The position numbers and the translations under genes are program-made. Positions 5,678-13,454 of a DNA stretch of 13,792 bases are shown here, piece after piece. Position 1 is the first letter of the stretch. Each line of letters begins with the position of its first letter. Below the pieces are notes generated by a model, which saw only the letters and a list, made by a program, of their open reading frames with translations, had not been told where the DNA came from and made no database searches. Source of the stretch: a virus; the UHGV virus genome UHGV-1763989; one strand, 5' to 3'.

Positions 5678-8032
5678 CTAACTATTACTCGCAGGTGGAA
5701 AAGGCACTACATTAGCTGTTGACTGAAAAGGGAGAAGACGAATACCCCTGAAACCGTTTAGTCGAACGTTATTTATATTAACAACGTCTTTTTTCACTTT
5801 ACCACGAAGGGTGGATTTAAACGCCCGACTAAATGCAGTTTTAGTCATTGCTGGACCACCTTCCTGTGTTTTCCAGAGACGATAACGACCATAGAGTTCT
5901 TCAGTGTGCACCTCACCATCAGATACCAATTCGCAACAATCTCTGATAAAACTTCTAAGTGGTGATTGTTGATCCATAATTTCCTGACGTTCTTCCAGAC
6001 TTGCTTTTGGTTCAGTAAACCGTCCGTTTGCACGTAACCGTTGTAAACCTTCAATCGCCCAGTTACAGATCCCCGGTAGTTCTTTCATCAGTCGTGCTTC
6101 CAGAGTGGTATCTTCACGACCCAGGAACGAAATGTTGAACGGCAGGATCAGCAAACGGTTAGCCATTGCACCGGAATCATCAGCAAATGCAGGTATGTTG
6201 TTAGCAGCCAGTGTCATACGTCCAGGTAAACGACCGTTCCATGCACCTTTATACTTACGATTAACCGGAATCGCATCACAACCTGTAATAGATTTGAAAC
6301 GGTCCAGAATTCGGTTGCGGTCAGGCCCGGACACACTGTGAGCATCACCAATAAACAGCACAGATTTATCCAGCACAGTTTCAAGTACCGCATCACTGGC
6401 TAAACCCTCCAGTGTGATCCCTGCATACGCTTCATCACCTACCAGTGCCTGAATGATGCGACCAATCGTACCTTTACCGGAACGTGGCGCACCAATCAAC
6501 AACATCGCTTTCTGATAGTCGTACGAGTTGACAAGCATGTAACCCAACCATTCCTGCAACAGTGCAATACGTTCCTGATCACCTTCCAGAGTTGTATTAA
6601 GAAACTGTTCAAATGCTGGCGCACGGGCAAACGGATCGTAGCTATACGGTAAAATACTGGTCGTAAAGAAATCAGGGTTATGTGCATCACATTTACCCGT
6701 GTGTACATCCAGTATCCCGTTCTGACAAACAATATAGTGTGATACATCAACGCCGGGCCATGTTCCAAGCTCACGATCAGCGCGTGTGAATAAATACGAC
6801 AAAACCTTGTACGTACCGTTAATTACGTCAGCTTTTGGTTCGCTGGCGAGCATTGCCATAGATATCTGATGTTTCAGTTCATCTTCACTCACACGTTCCC
6901 ACACGCGACCGTTGAACCGGTACGGCTGTTGCTGGACAAAAATCAATGTGTTGTTTGGATAATAGTTATTAACGAACGTGGATGCGTTAACCGTATGGTT
7001 TGAACCATATGCACCTTCACCGGGTTTCACACTCATGTACGCAGGTGTTCCACCATTAGGAACGACGGTAGGCGCTGGTGTGACTGCTTTCATCAGTTCT
7101 GGTGTCATTGTCGGTTGACTACGATACACAGTATCACAACGTTCCACAGCGCCCAAAATCGTGTTTTCACGGTAATCCTGACGATCTGTCCATTTACCAC
7201 GAACCAGCCCAGAACGGTTAAACAAACGTTCAATACGTTCGCAATCTTTCCCTGTCCAGAACGCAAGGTGTGAGCACAGGGCAGCATCAGCGGCAGATGC
7301 ATTGTAGTCTTTTCCCTGGTCGCTGGGGTATGACACAGACAGGCGTTCAACGTTTGCATTCCACAGATCTGCAAATGACGCTTTATTACCAAATACTGAA
7401 GCAGCACTGGACGAATTTAACGCCATTTTAATCAGTTCATCATCGTCTGCCGGACCTGACCAGTCATCACAGGGTGCTGTTGTCCAGCGTGCGGAACGGT
7501 CTGAACGGATACGACCATACCGGGCAATAGAATCATGAATGCCCTGGGTATAATCAATATCAACATCGCCATTACCCGTGAGCGTCATCGCGACGAAACG
7601 ATCACGCCAGTACATTTCCAGCCCGGTTTTCTGGTCGTTCAGACTGTTAAAACCTTCCGGTATGCTGGTATAAGCACAGATGATATGCAAACCTGTTCCT
7701 GACTGGCTGACTTCAGTGTAAGCATTTGGAAAACGGTTTACGAATTCATGCGCCAGTGGTGACCATGTGGCTGTTGCCTGATCTACCAGACAGTTATCGA
7801 CATCAATAAAGAAATAAGGGTCATTTTCTGTGAATACAAAACCAACACCAGACATGCCGTACATTTGCGCCATACCTAACGCGGTGTGATAGTCAGACCA
7901 GTCGTTAGGGTTAGTGGTACTGGCTTTATAACCGTGTACCGGGCTGTATGGTACTTTCGTTGGTTTTGGACGATCGGCAACTGTCTCAAGTCGCCACATG
8001 ACCCACTGTTTACGGTTCAGTAACCCTTTCAT
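5678..8032 (-). CDS. DNA primase-polymerase / D5-type SF3 helicase fusion (784 aa)
   Basis: N-terminus has primase-polymerase-like features (KVPYSPVHGYKAST ... GVGFVF ... FFIDVDNC); C-terminus has Walker A GAPRSGKGT and Walker B-like VLFIGDA. ATG at 8032. Confidence 0.85.
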   Translation of the reverse strand: MKGLLNRKQWVMWRLETVADRPKPTKVPYSPVHGYKASTTNPNDWSDYHTALGMAQMYGMSGVGFVFTENDPYFFIDVDNCLVDQATATWSPLAHEFVNRFPNAYTEVSQSGTGLHIICAYTSIPEGFNSLNDQKTGLEMYWRDRFVAMTLTGNGDVDIDYTQGIHDSIARYGRIRSDRSARWTTAPCDDWSGPADDDELIKMALNSSSAASVFGNKASFADLWNANVERLSVSYPSDQGKDYNASAADAALCSHLAFWTGKDCERIERLFNRSGLVRGKWTDRQDYRENTILGAVERCDTVYRSQPTMTPELMKAVTPAPTVVPNGGTPAYMSVKPGEGAYGSNHTVNASTFVNNYYPNNTLIFVQQQPYRFNGRVWERVSEDELKHQISMAMLASEPKADVINGTYKVLSYLFTRADRELGTWPGVDVSHYIVCQNGILDVHTGKCDAHNPDFFTTSILPYSYDPFARAPAFEQFLNTTLEGDQERIALLQEWLGYMLVNSYDYQKAMLLIGAPRSGKGTIGRIIQALVGDEAYAGITLEGLASDAVLETVLDKSVLFIGDAHSVSGPDRNRILDRFKSITGCDAIPVNRKYKGAWNGRLPGRMTLAANNIPAFADDSGAMANRLLILPFNISFLGREDTTLEARLMKELPGICNWAIEGLQRLRANGRFTEPKASLEERQEIMDQQSPLRSFIRDCCELVSDGEVHTEELYGRYRLWKTQEGGPAMTKTAFSRAFKSTLRGKVKKDVVNINNVRLNGFRGIRLLPFQSTANVVPFPPASNS

Positions 8033-8035
8033 AAT

Positions 8036-8209
8036 TTACGCTCCGAACTGACGTTCAGCAGCCATCAGTTTGACCAGGTTGATAGCAGATCGCCCGGTAA
8101 GCAGATTACGTTTAACATGAATTTCAGTAACGTTCAGACGTTTAGCAACAGCCTCAATACCGTGGTTATCAATCAGTTTTTGCAGACGTTTAATGCGTTC
8201 AGTATTCAT
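8036..8209 (-). CDS. Unlisted small ORF (57 aa), putative HTH-like DNA-binding protein
   Basis: Hand-translated: ATG 8209..8207 overlaps upstream stop (ATGA), own stop 3 nt before primase ATG; MNTERIKRLQKLIDNHGIEAVAKRLNVTEIHVKRNLLTGRSAINLVKLMAAERQFGA. Confidence 0.5.
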   Translation of the reverse strand: MNTERIKRLQKLIDNHGIEAVAKRLNVTEIHVKRNLLTGRSAINLVKLMAAERQFGA

Positions 8210-8697
8210 TGTTTAATCCATTTTTCAAATTGTGAAGGATGAGTGATGAAACGAAATTCACCACCTGCGTTTTCAACAATCGCACCGAAAGTGGCCTGTG
8301 CTTGTGCACGTCTGTCACTCGGGGTCATGTGCCAGTCAGGGCGTTTCATTTCGGCAGCAATAAAGACACCCACTTTCGAACCGATCATATCCGGTGTAAC
8401 GATTTTGGTTTTAATGCCGATGTAGTCGCTTGACTTCATAACAGCGTTGATTTTCGCACTGGTGTTACCAAGACCATAACGAACCATCATTCCTTTTTCG
8501 TTTTTCAGAGCACCTGAGTTATTACGCCAGATACGTTGCCCTGCGCGTGCCGCAATCAGTTCACACTCTTTACTGGTGGCGCTTTCACTTACACCGTCTT
8601 CGTGTGGTGTTCCATCAGGCTGATAAAGCGCGTATAACTCGTACAACGCCATCTGACTAATACCGTGACGAATCGCCCATTGTTCAAGCGTTGTCAT
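8206..8697 (-). CDS. PD-(D/E)xK nuclease, VRR-NUC-like
   Basis: WRNNSGAL ... SDYIGI ... GVFIAAEMKRP fits a D...ExK arrangement seen in VRR-NUC-type phage nucleases. ATG start; ATGA overlap with exonuclease stop. Confidence 0.65.
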   Translation of the reverse strand: MTTLEQWAIRHGISQMALYELYALYQPDGTPHEDGVSESATSKECELIAARAGQRIWRNNSGALKNEKGMMVRYGLGNTSAKINAVMKSSDYIGIKTKIVTPDMIGSKVGVFIAAEMKRPDWHMTPSDRRAQAQATFGAIVENAGGEFRFITHPSQFEKWIKQ

Positions 8698-9200
8698 AAT
8701 GTTTTAGTCCCACTAGTAAGATATTTAATCTGGTGTAAACAGTCGTCTAACGCATTGTGGTAAGTACCGTCACGGGTAAATTCTTTCGGGTTAATACCCA
8801 GCAAATCAACAGCGGTACGAACATCACGGACGTTCCAGAACTTCCACGGGCAACGAACACCAATCGCATTAAACCATGCTTCCAGAATAGTGATATCGAA
8901 TGTGGAACCATTGCCCCACGGTTTAGCATCGTGCCAGATGAATTTGGCAAAATCTTTAGCAACCTGAACAGGATCGGCAGTACCACCAAAAGCATCTTTT
9001 TGTGCTTGTTCTGACTGCTGCGACCACCACTTCATAGTGTCAGGGTCTGTGTGACCGTAAGCGAGCGCATTAAAACCCATTGATGCGTAAAACGTTTCAC
9101 CAATGTTACCCTGACGATCAAAGTAAACAGCGCCAATTGACAGCACTGCACAACCTGGTTTAGTACCACACGTCTCAATGTCAACCATCAAATCACGCAT
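8694..9200 (-). CDS. DnaQ-like (DEDD) 3'-5' exonuclease
   Basis: Exo I motif MVDIETCG near N-terminus and Exo III-like YHNALDDC near C-terminus; ATG start with AAGGA upstream. Confidence 0.8.
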   Translation of the reverse strand: MRDLMVDIETCGTKPGCAVLSIGAVYFDRQGNIGETFYASMGFNALAYGHTDPDTMKWWSQQSEQAQKDAFGGTADPVQVAKDFAKFIWHDAKPWGNGSTFDITILEAWFNAIGVRCPWKFWNVRDVRTAVDLLGINPKEFTRDGTYHNALDDCLHQIKYLTSGTKTL

Positions 9201-9214
9201 TACAGTTCCTTACG

Positions 9215-9241
9215 TTTAAAATATTTCTATGCAGATTACCA
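9215..9241 (+). promoter_or_regulatory. Degenerate copy of the repeated promoter element, opposite orientation (function unclear)
   Basis: AAAATATTTCTATGCAGATTACC matches AAAATAATTCTTGACAGATTAC at about 18 of 22 positions but has TATGCA in place of TTGACA and no convincing -10; sits in the 41-bp gap between helicase and exonuclease genes. Confidence 0.3.
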
Positions 9242-10909
9242 TCAGATTAATGAACTTGCAACCCTTGCGGCGAGTTCATTAGCTTCACGAGTACGTAACC
9301 CCTGAGCGCTAAGTACATCAACACCAAACACCCTGTAAAACATCTTGTAAGCGTCATCAACGGGTATACCTTTATCACGCTGAATACCCGCCCATGTGGT
9401 GATCATACTGCGTAATTTACGCTGTGCATCGTTCATTGCCTGAATGTTTTTCATTGCACTGTAAGCTGCAATAGGGGGTGCACCAGCGTTTAACATTTGT
9501 TCTTTTACTGCAACAGGGTCACGGTCGATTATCACCACTGCCCGGCGTAATTCTTCCAATTCTTCAGGTGTCAGTTCACGTAAATTACCTTCTACACGAT
9601 CCGGGCCTGAGCGTTCGGCTTTTTCAGGAATATGACCACAATACGGGCAGCACGGAAGACCAGACGGATAAGGCTTCAGACACGGTGGAATACCATTATC
9701 AGGATCACCCTTGTTTGTACATGTTGTATTACTGTTCCCACTGCTGTTAGATGAACGACGATCACGGTCATCTAAAGACCAGTTGTAGTGCTGATCGGGA
9801 AGTGGAAAACCACGGGCCAGAAATCGACGAACATTACCGACTTTATCAATAATCAGTGCTTTTTTACCGGGTTTGAAACGCAATGGTCGACCCATCTGTT
9901 GTACAAACAAAGAGTAAGATTCTGTTGGACGGTCCATTACAGCGCATTCCATCGCCGGGCAATCGTACCCTTCACCGAATAAATCGTTGTTACATAGCAC
10001 GAGTGTTTTACGTCGTTCAAAACGTTCCAGAATATCCGCTCGTTCCTGATTGCTGTTTCGTGAGCTGATCGCCTCTGCAGGAATGCCAGCATCGCGAAAT
10101 TCTTTTGCGAGTGCTTCAGCAGAATCTACGTCACACGTAAACACAACAGTGAGTAAACCGTCTGCGTACGTTTTCCACGTACTGACGGTATCACCAACGA
10201 TGTTTGAATCTTCCATCGCTTTTTTTAACGCAGAGGGTTTGTAATCACCCGTAGTATGGGAAATCATTTCTGCAGTTAATTCCAGGTCTGTTTCAGCCAT
10301 GATCAGGCGATAATCAGCCAGGTGTTGTTGGCTGATTAACTCACGCATTGATGGACCGATGATCATCTGATCTGCGTAACCTGACGCATGACGACCCAAG
10401 CCTTTACCGTCAGCACGGATCGGTGTAGCTGTAACACCCAGACCTTTAGCGTTAGGGAATTTTTCCCGGCAGTCTCCCCACTGTGTGCCACGTACCAGGT
10501 GATGCGCTTCATCGCTGAATACAAGAGACACGTCGTTGTACCATCGTTCGTACTGTTTTGTTCTTAACGTTTGTGAACTGGTAATAACGATGTCAGCGCC
10601 GGGGGAATAGGTACTGTAACCAAGCGTTTTCATCTGCTGATTAGTTGCAAACTTAACAGTATCTTTTTGCGCTATAAATCTGTGTGGTAATCCCTGGCGA
10701 GCAACAGCCATTGCGATTTGACTAACCAGTTCTTTACGGTGTGCCTGGATGACTTTTACACCGTCGGATTTTACCAGTTCTGCAAGCGCTCGGGTCTTTC
10801 CTGCACCCGTGGGAAGTACAAGAATCACGTCATCAGCACCGTTCGACCATGCCTGGCGCACGTTGTTAACGGCATCTTGTTGATAGTGACGAAGTGGTTG
10901 TTGACTCAC
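9242..10909 (-). CDS. SF2 DEAH-box helicase with C-terminal Cys-rich extension (555 aa)
   Basis: LRHYQ, Walker A VLPTGAGKT, Walker B FSDEAHH, motif III TATP, motif VI QQMGRPLR; C-terminal CLKPYPSGLPCCPYCGH cluster. GTG start at 10909 with AAGGAAAG upstream, no in-frame ATG nearby. Confidence 0.85.
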   Translation of the reverse strand: MSQQPLRHYQQDAVNNVRQAWSNGADDVILVLPTGAGKTRALAELVKSDGVKVIQAHRKELVSQIAMAVARQGLPHRFIAQKDTVKFATNQQMKTLGYSTYSPGADIVITSSQTLRTKQYERWYNDVSLVFSDEAHHLVRGTQWGDCREKFPNAKGLGVTATPIRADGKGLGRHASGYADQMIIGPSMRELISQQHLADYRLIMAETDLELTAEMISHTTGDYKPSALKKAMEDSNIVGDTVSTWKTYADGLLTVVFTCDVDSAEALAKEFRDAGIPAEAISSRNSNQERADILERFERRKTLVLCNNDLFGEGYDCPAMECAVMDRPTESYSLFVQQMGRPLRFKPGKKALIIDKVGNVRRFLARGFPLPDQHYNWSLDDRDRRSSNSSGNSNTTCTNKGDPDNGIPPCLKPYPSGLPCCPYCGHIPEKAERSGPDRVEGNLRELTPEELEELRRAVVIIDRDPVAVKEQMLNAGAPPIAAYSAMKNIQAMNDAQRKLRSMITTWAGIQRDKGIPVDDAYKMFYRVFGVDVLSAQGLRTREANELAARVASSLI

Positions 10910-10950
10910 GTATCTTTCCTTCAGTTAATATCGAATCGTGAAAAAAGTTT

Positions 10951-10990
10951 AAAATAGTTCTTGACGTATTGCAACTTATTCCTCTAACAT
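10951..10990 (+). promoter_or_regulatory. Sigma70-like promoter (upstream member of a tandem pair for the rightward genes)
   Basis: AAAATAGTTCTTGACG: -35 TTGACG 10961-10966, 18-nt spacer, -10-like TAACAT 10985-10990. Confidence 0.5.
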
Positions 10991-11013
10991 CTGCATCAAC
11001 GAAAGGCGAGTGT

Positions 11014-11053
11014 AAAAATAATTCTTGACAGATTACACAACACCTTTTAAAGT
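11014..11053 (+). promoter_or_regulatory. Sigma70-like promoter with A/T-rich upstream element (rightward genes)
   Basis: AAAAATAATTCTTGACAGATTAC: -35 TTGACA 11025-11030, 17-nt spacer, -10-like TAAAGT 11048-11053; AAGAGGA ribosome-binding site then ATG at 11086. Confidence 0.6.
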
Positions 11054-11085
11054 TAGCGATAACCAAACAACAAGAGGAAAACGTA

Positions 11086-11856
11086 ATGTTCGAAGTTAAA
11101 TTACTTGTAACTGCTCCGGGTCTGGAAACTGCGATCAACAATCTGGCAAATGCTATTGCGACTGGTGCTGCACCACTCATGACTGCTCAGGATGATGGTA
11201 TCACTAAAGAAACCGTGACAGTCGTTGCTGAATCACTGCCTGTTGTATCAGCAACAACTGAAGATATTGACGATAACGAAACCAGCACTGAAGAGTTCGA
11301 CAAATGGGGTTTGCGCCACGATCCACGTATCCACACTGACAGTAAATCCCTGAACAAAGGTGATGGTCTGTGGCGTCAAAAGAAAAAACTGGATGAAGCG
11401 TTTGTTGACGGTGTTAAACGTGAACTTATTGCTGAAGCAGTTGAAGCAGGGCGTTATACCGGACCTGCAGAACTTGCACCGGGTTATGTAGCACCTGTTG
11501 ATCCTGCTCCAGCGGTTCCTGCCGCTCCGGTAGCTCCAGTTGTACCAGCAGCACCGGCTGCACCAGTCGCGCCTGTCGAGCAACCTGTAACCACGGATCC
11601 AGCTAAAGTTTATAATACCCAGGTTCTTCAGTCAGCACTAATGCAGATGTTTGGACAAATTACGGGTGACCGTGCCGCGCCATTAAGTCAGCGAATCATG
11701 GGACTGTATGAAACTCAGAACGTGATGCAGATTGACGACCCAGTAAAACTGAAATCTATCATCGAACTGATTGAACGCATTAACGCGGCCCCGGCTGATG
11801 CTGAAAACATTGTTGGTCAGGCTGAATCTGTTAAACAAATGGGTGGGGCATTCTGA
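11086..11856 (+). CDS. Hypothetical protein with central Pro/Ala/Val-rich linker (256 aa)
   Basis: ATG with AAGAGGA upstream; two regions separated by APVDPAPAVPAAPVAPVVPAAPAAPVAPV. Function not recognised. Confidence 0.7.
   Translation: MFEVKLLVTAPGLETAINNLANAIATGAAPLMTAQDDGITKETVTVVAESLPVVSATTEDIDDNETSTEEFDKWGLRHDPRIHTDSKSLNKGDGLWRQKKKLDEAFVDGVKRELIAEAVEAGRYTGPAELAPGYVAPVDPAPAVPAAPVAPVVPAAPAAPVAPVEQPVTTDPAKVYNTQVLQSALMQMFGQITGDRAAPLSQRIMGLYETQNVMQIDDPVKLKSIIELIERINAAPADAENIVGQAESVKQMGGAF
11491..11590 (+). repeat. Imperfect tandem repeat encoding the Pro/Ala/Val linker
   Basis: Reiterated gc(a/t)cc(a/g)g(c/t)(t/a)g units (e.g. gcaccggctgcaccagtcgcgcctgtc) inside the 256-aa CDS. Confidence 0.5.
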
Positions 11857-13001
11857 TGACAAGTCACGCTACCTTTAGTGCCAGTGGATCAAAACGTTGG
11901 TTAGCTTGTCCGGGTAGCGTTCAACTGTCACAGCGGATTGATTATGTAGAACCATCATCACCCAGTGCTGAAGAAGGTACAGCCGGGCACTGGGTGTTAG
12001 AACAGAAGATTAAAGGTAAACAGCCATTAATGCCGTGTATTGCTCCTAACGGTGTTCAGGTTACTGAAGACATGCACATTTACGCGGATGACTTTATAGC
12101 AGATGTTCTTTCAGTTGGTGCGAAACTTGATCCGCTGTTTTCAGAAGTTCGCATTCACATTGACTGGTTGTTACCCGGTCAGTACGGAACCTGTGATTAT
12201 CGCTGGTATGACTTTAATACTGATACGCTTTATGTATGGGATTATAAATACGGTCATGTTGCAGTTGACGCAGTTGATAACTCACAGGGGGTCTATTATG
12301 CACTGGACCAACGTTGCATCGACACTGTTAAGCGCGTTGTGTTCACAATTGTTCAGCCACGGGCTTATCACCCACTCGGACCTGTAAGACGATGGGAGTT
12401 TAACCTGGCAACATTGATGGAATGGGCTGAACGATTTAAACACGGGTTTAACGAAGCACATAAACCAGACGCACCTTTAAATGTTGGTAGTCATTGTCAT
12501 TACTGTCCGGCGCGTGGTATGTGTCCGGCGATGTATGAGAGGGTTTTAGAATTGGCTACTGTTCTTGATGCACCACCATCACTTACGCCAGAAGAAGTAG
12601 CGCGTCGTCTGGCACTTCTTGAAGAACTGTATACGCGTTCTTCTGAAGCAAAAACAGCGTTACATACTCAGGGGTTACATTTTGTTCGTATGGGTAAAGT
12701 TTTACCGGGTTTTAAACTTGCAACAAAACAAACCCGACGTCAGCTTACGGACGAAGGAAAACTGATCGGTGCTGCACCCATGTTTGGTGTAAACCCTGAA
12801 ACATTGTACGAACGTAAATTAAAACCATTGTCAACACTGGAAAAATCACTGCCTCCGGCACTTGTTGACATGTGTACGACAAAACCAGAAGGTCAGCCAG
12901 TTTTAGTACCTGACAGTGACCCGCGTAAAGGTCACAGCACACTGGCAGAATCTGTTTTTAATAAACCCGTGACGATGCCGACTGGCGCACGTCCACTTTA
13001 A
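11856..13001 (+). CDS. DUF2800-like PD-(D/E)xK nuclease (Cas4/RecB-like, Cys cluster)
   Basis: N-terminus MTSHATFSASGSKRWLACPGS typical of DUF2800; WDYKYGH nuclease core; C-terminal CHYCPARGMCPA with an N-terminal Cys suggests an Fe-S cluster. ATG overlaps upstream stop (TGATG). Confidence 0.8.
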   Translation: MTSHATFSASGSKRWLACPGSVQLSQRIDYVEPSSPSAEEGTAGHWVLEQKIKGKQPLMPCIAPNGVQVTEDMHIYADDFIADVLSVGAKLDPLFSEVRIHIDWLLPGQYGTCDYRWYDFNTDTLYVWDYKYGHVAVDAVDNSQGVYYALDQRCIDTVKRVVFTIVQPRAYHPLGPVRRWEFNLATLMEWAERFKHGFNEAHKPDAPLNVGSHCHYCPARGMCPAMYERVLELATVLDAPPSLTPEEVARRLALLEELYTRSSEAKTALHTQGLHFVRMGKVLPGFKLATKQTRRQLTDEGKLIGAAPMFGVNPETLYERKLKPLSTLEKSLPPALVDMCTTKPEGQPVLVPDSDPRKGHSTLAESVFNKPVTMPTGARPL

Positions 13002-13016
13002 AAGAAGGTTAATAAC

Positions 13017-13454
13017 ATGGCACAGAAAGAATCTTTTGTAACTCCGGTTGGTCGTCTGGTTGGCGGTTCTTTTTTCGATATCAACACCCATGACCACGAA
13101 AACAAACCGTTAGCACCTGAAAAACACAACTGGTGGGTTGGTCTGGCGTTTCCTAAAACAGCGGCGAACTGGTGGGAAGAACAAGGTGAACTGGGTGCGG
13201 TATTCCAGGCGATTATGCGAGCGGCTAATTCACACTATGTGAATGGCGAACCACAACAACCTACTTTCGCATGGAAAATTATTAACGGTGACGACCCGAA
13301 ACATGCGAGTAAAACTGGTTATGCTGGTCACTGGGTAATTGGTTTCTCACGCAACGTGGCTATTGACGCGTGTCCGGTTTATAACGCAGCGTACCAGCCA
13401 GTTATTGATAAAAATCTGGCGAAAAAAGGTTATTACGATGTTAAAAACATTTGA
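13017..13454 (+). CDS. DUF2815-like protein (putative phage ssDNA-binding protein)
   Basis: N-terminus FVTPVGRLVGGSFFD ... WWVGLAFPK resembles the DUF2815 pattern; lies immediately after the DUF2800 gene, a pairing known from other phage replication modules; AAGAAGG upstream. Confidence 0.7.
   Translation: MAQKESFVTPVGRLVGGSFFDINTHDHENKPLAPEKHNWWVGLAFPKTAANWWEEQGELGAVFQAIMRAANSHYVNGEPQQPTFAWKIINGDDPKHASKTGYAGHWVIGFSRNVAIDACPVYNAAYQPVIDKNLAKKGYYDVKNI

Noticed and set aside
115-10957. Plus-strand ORFs of 60-128 aa lying antisense to the minus-strand genes (e.g. 115..396, 993..1184, 1115..1423, 1824..2210, 2563..2748, 3775..4116, 4214..4420, 4738..4971, 5350..5556, 6105..6341, 8239..8433, 8243..8425, 8757..9014, 9478..9750, 9788..9982, 9883..10068, 10050..10244, 10718..10957)
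   Set aside because: Each is fully embedded in a longer, motif-bearing or tightly coupled minus-strand gene; none has a convincing ribosome-binding site and several are low-complexity (Ser- or Cys-rich). Judged to be chance antisense frames.
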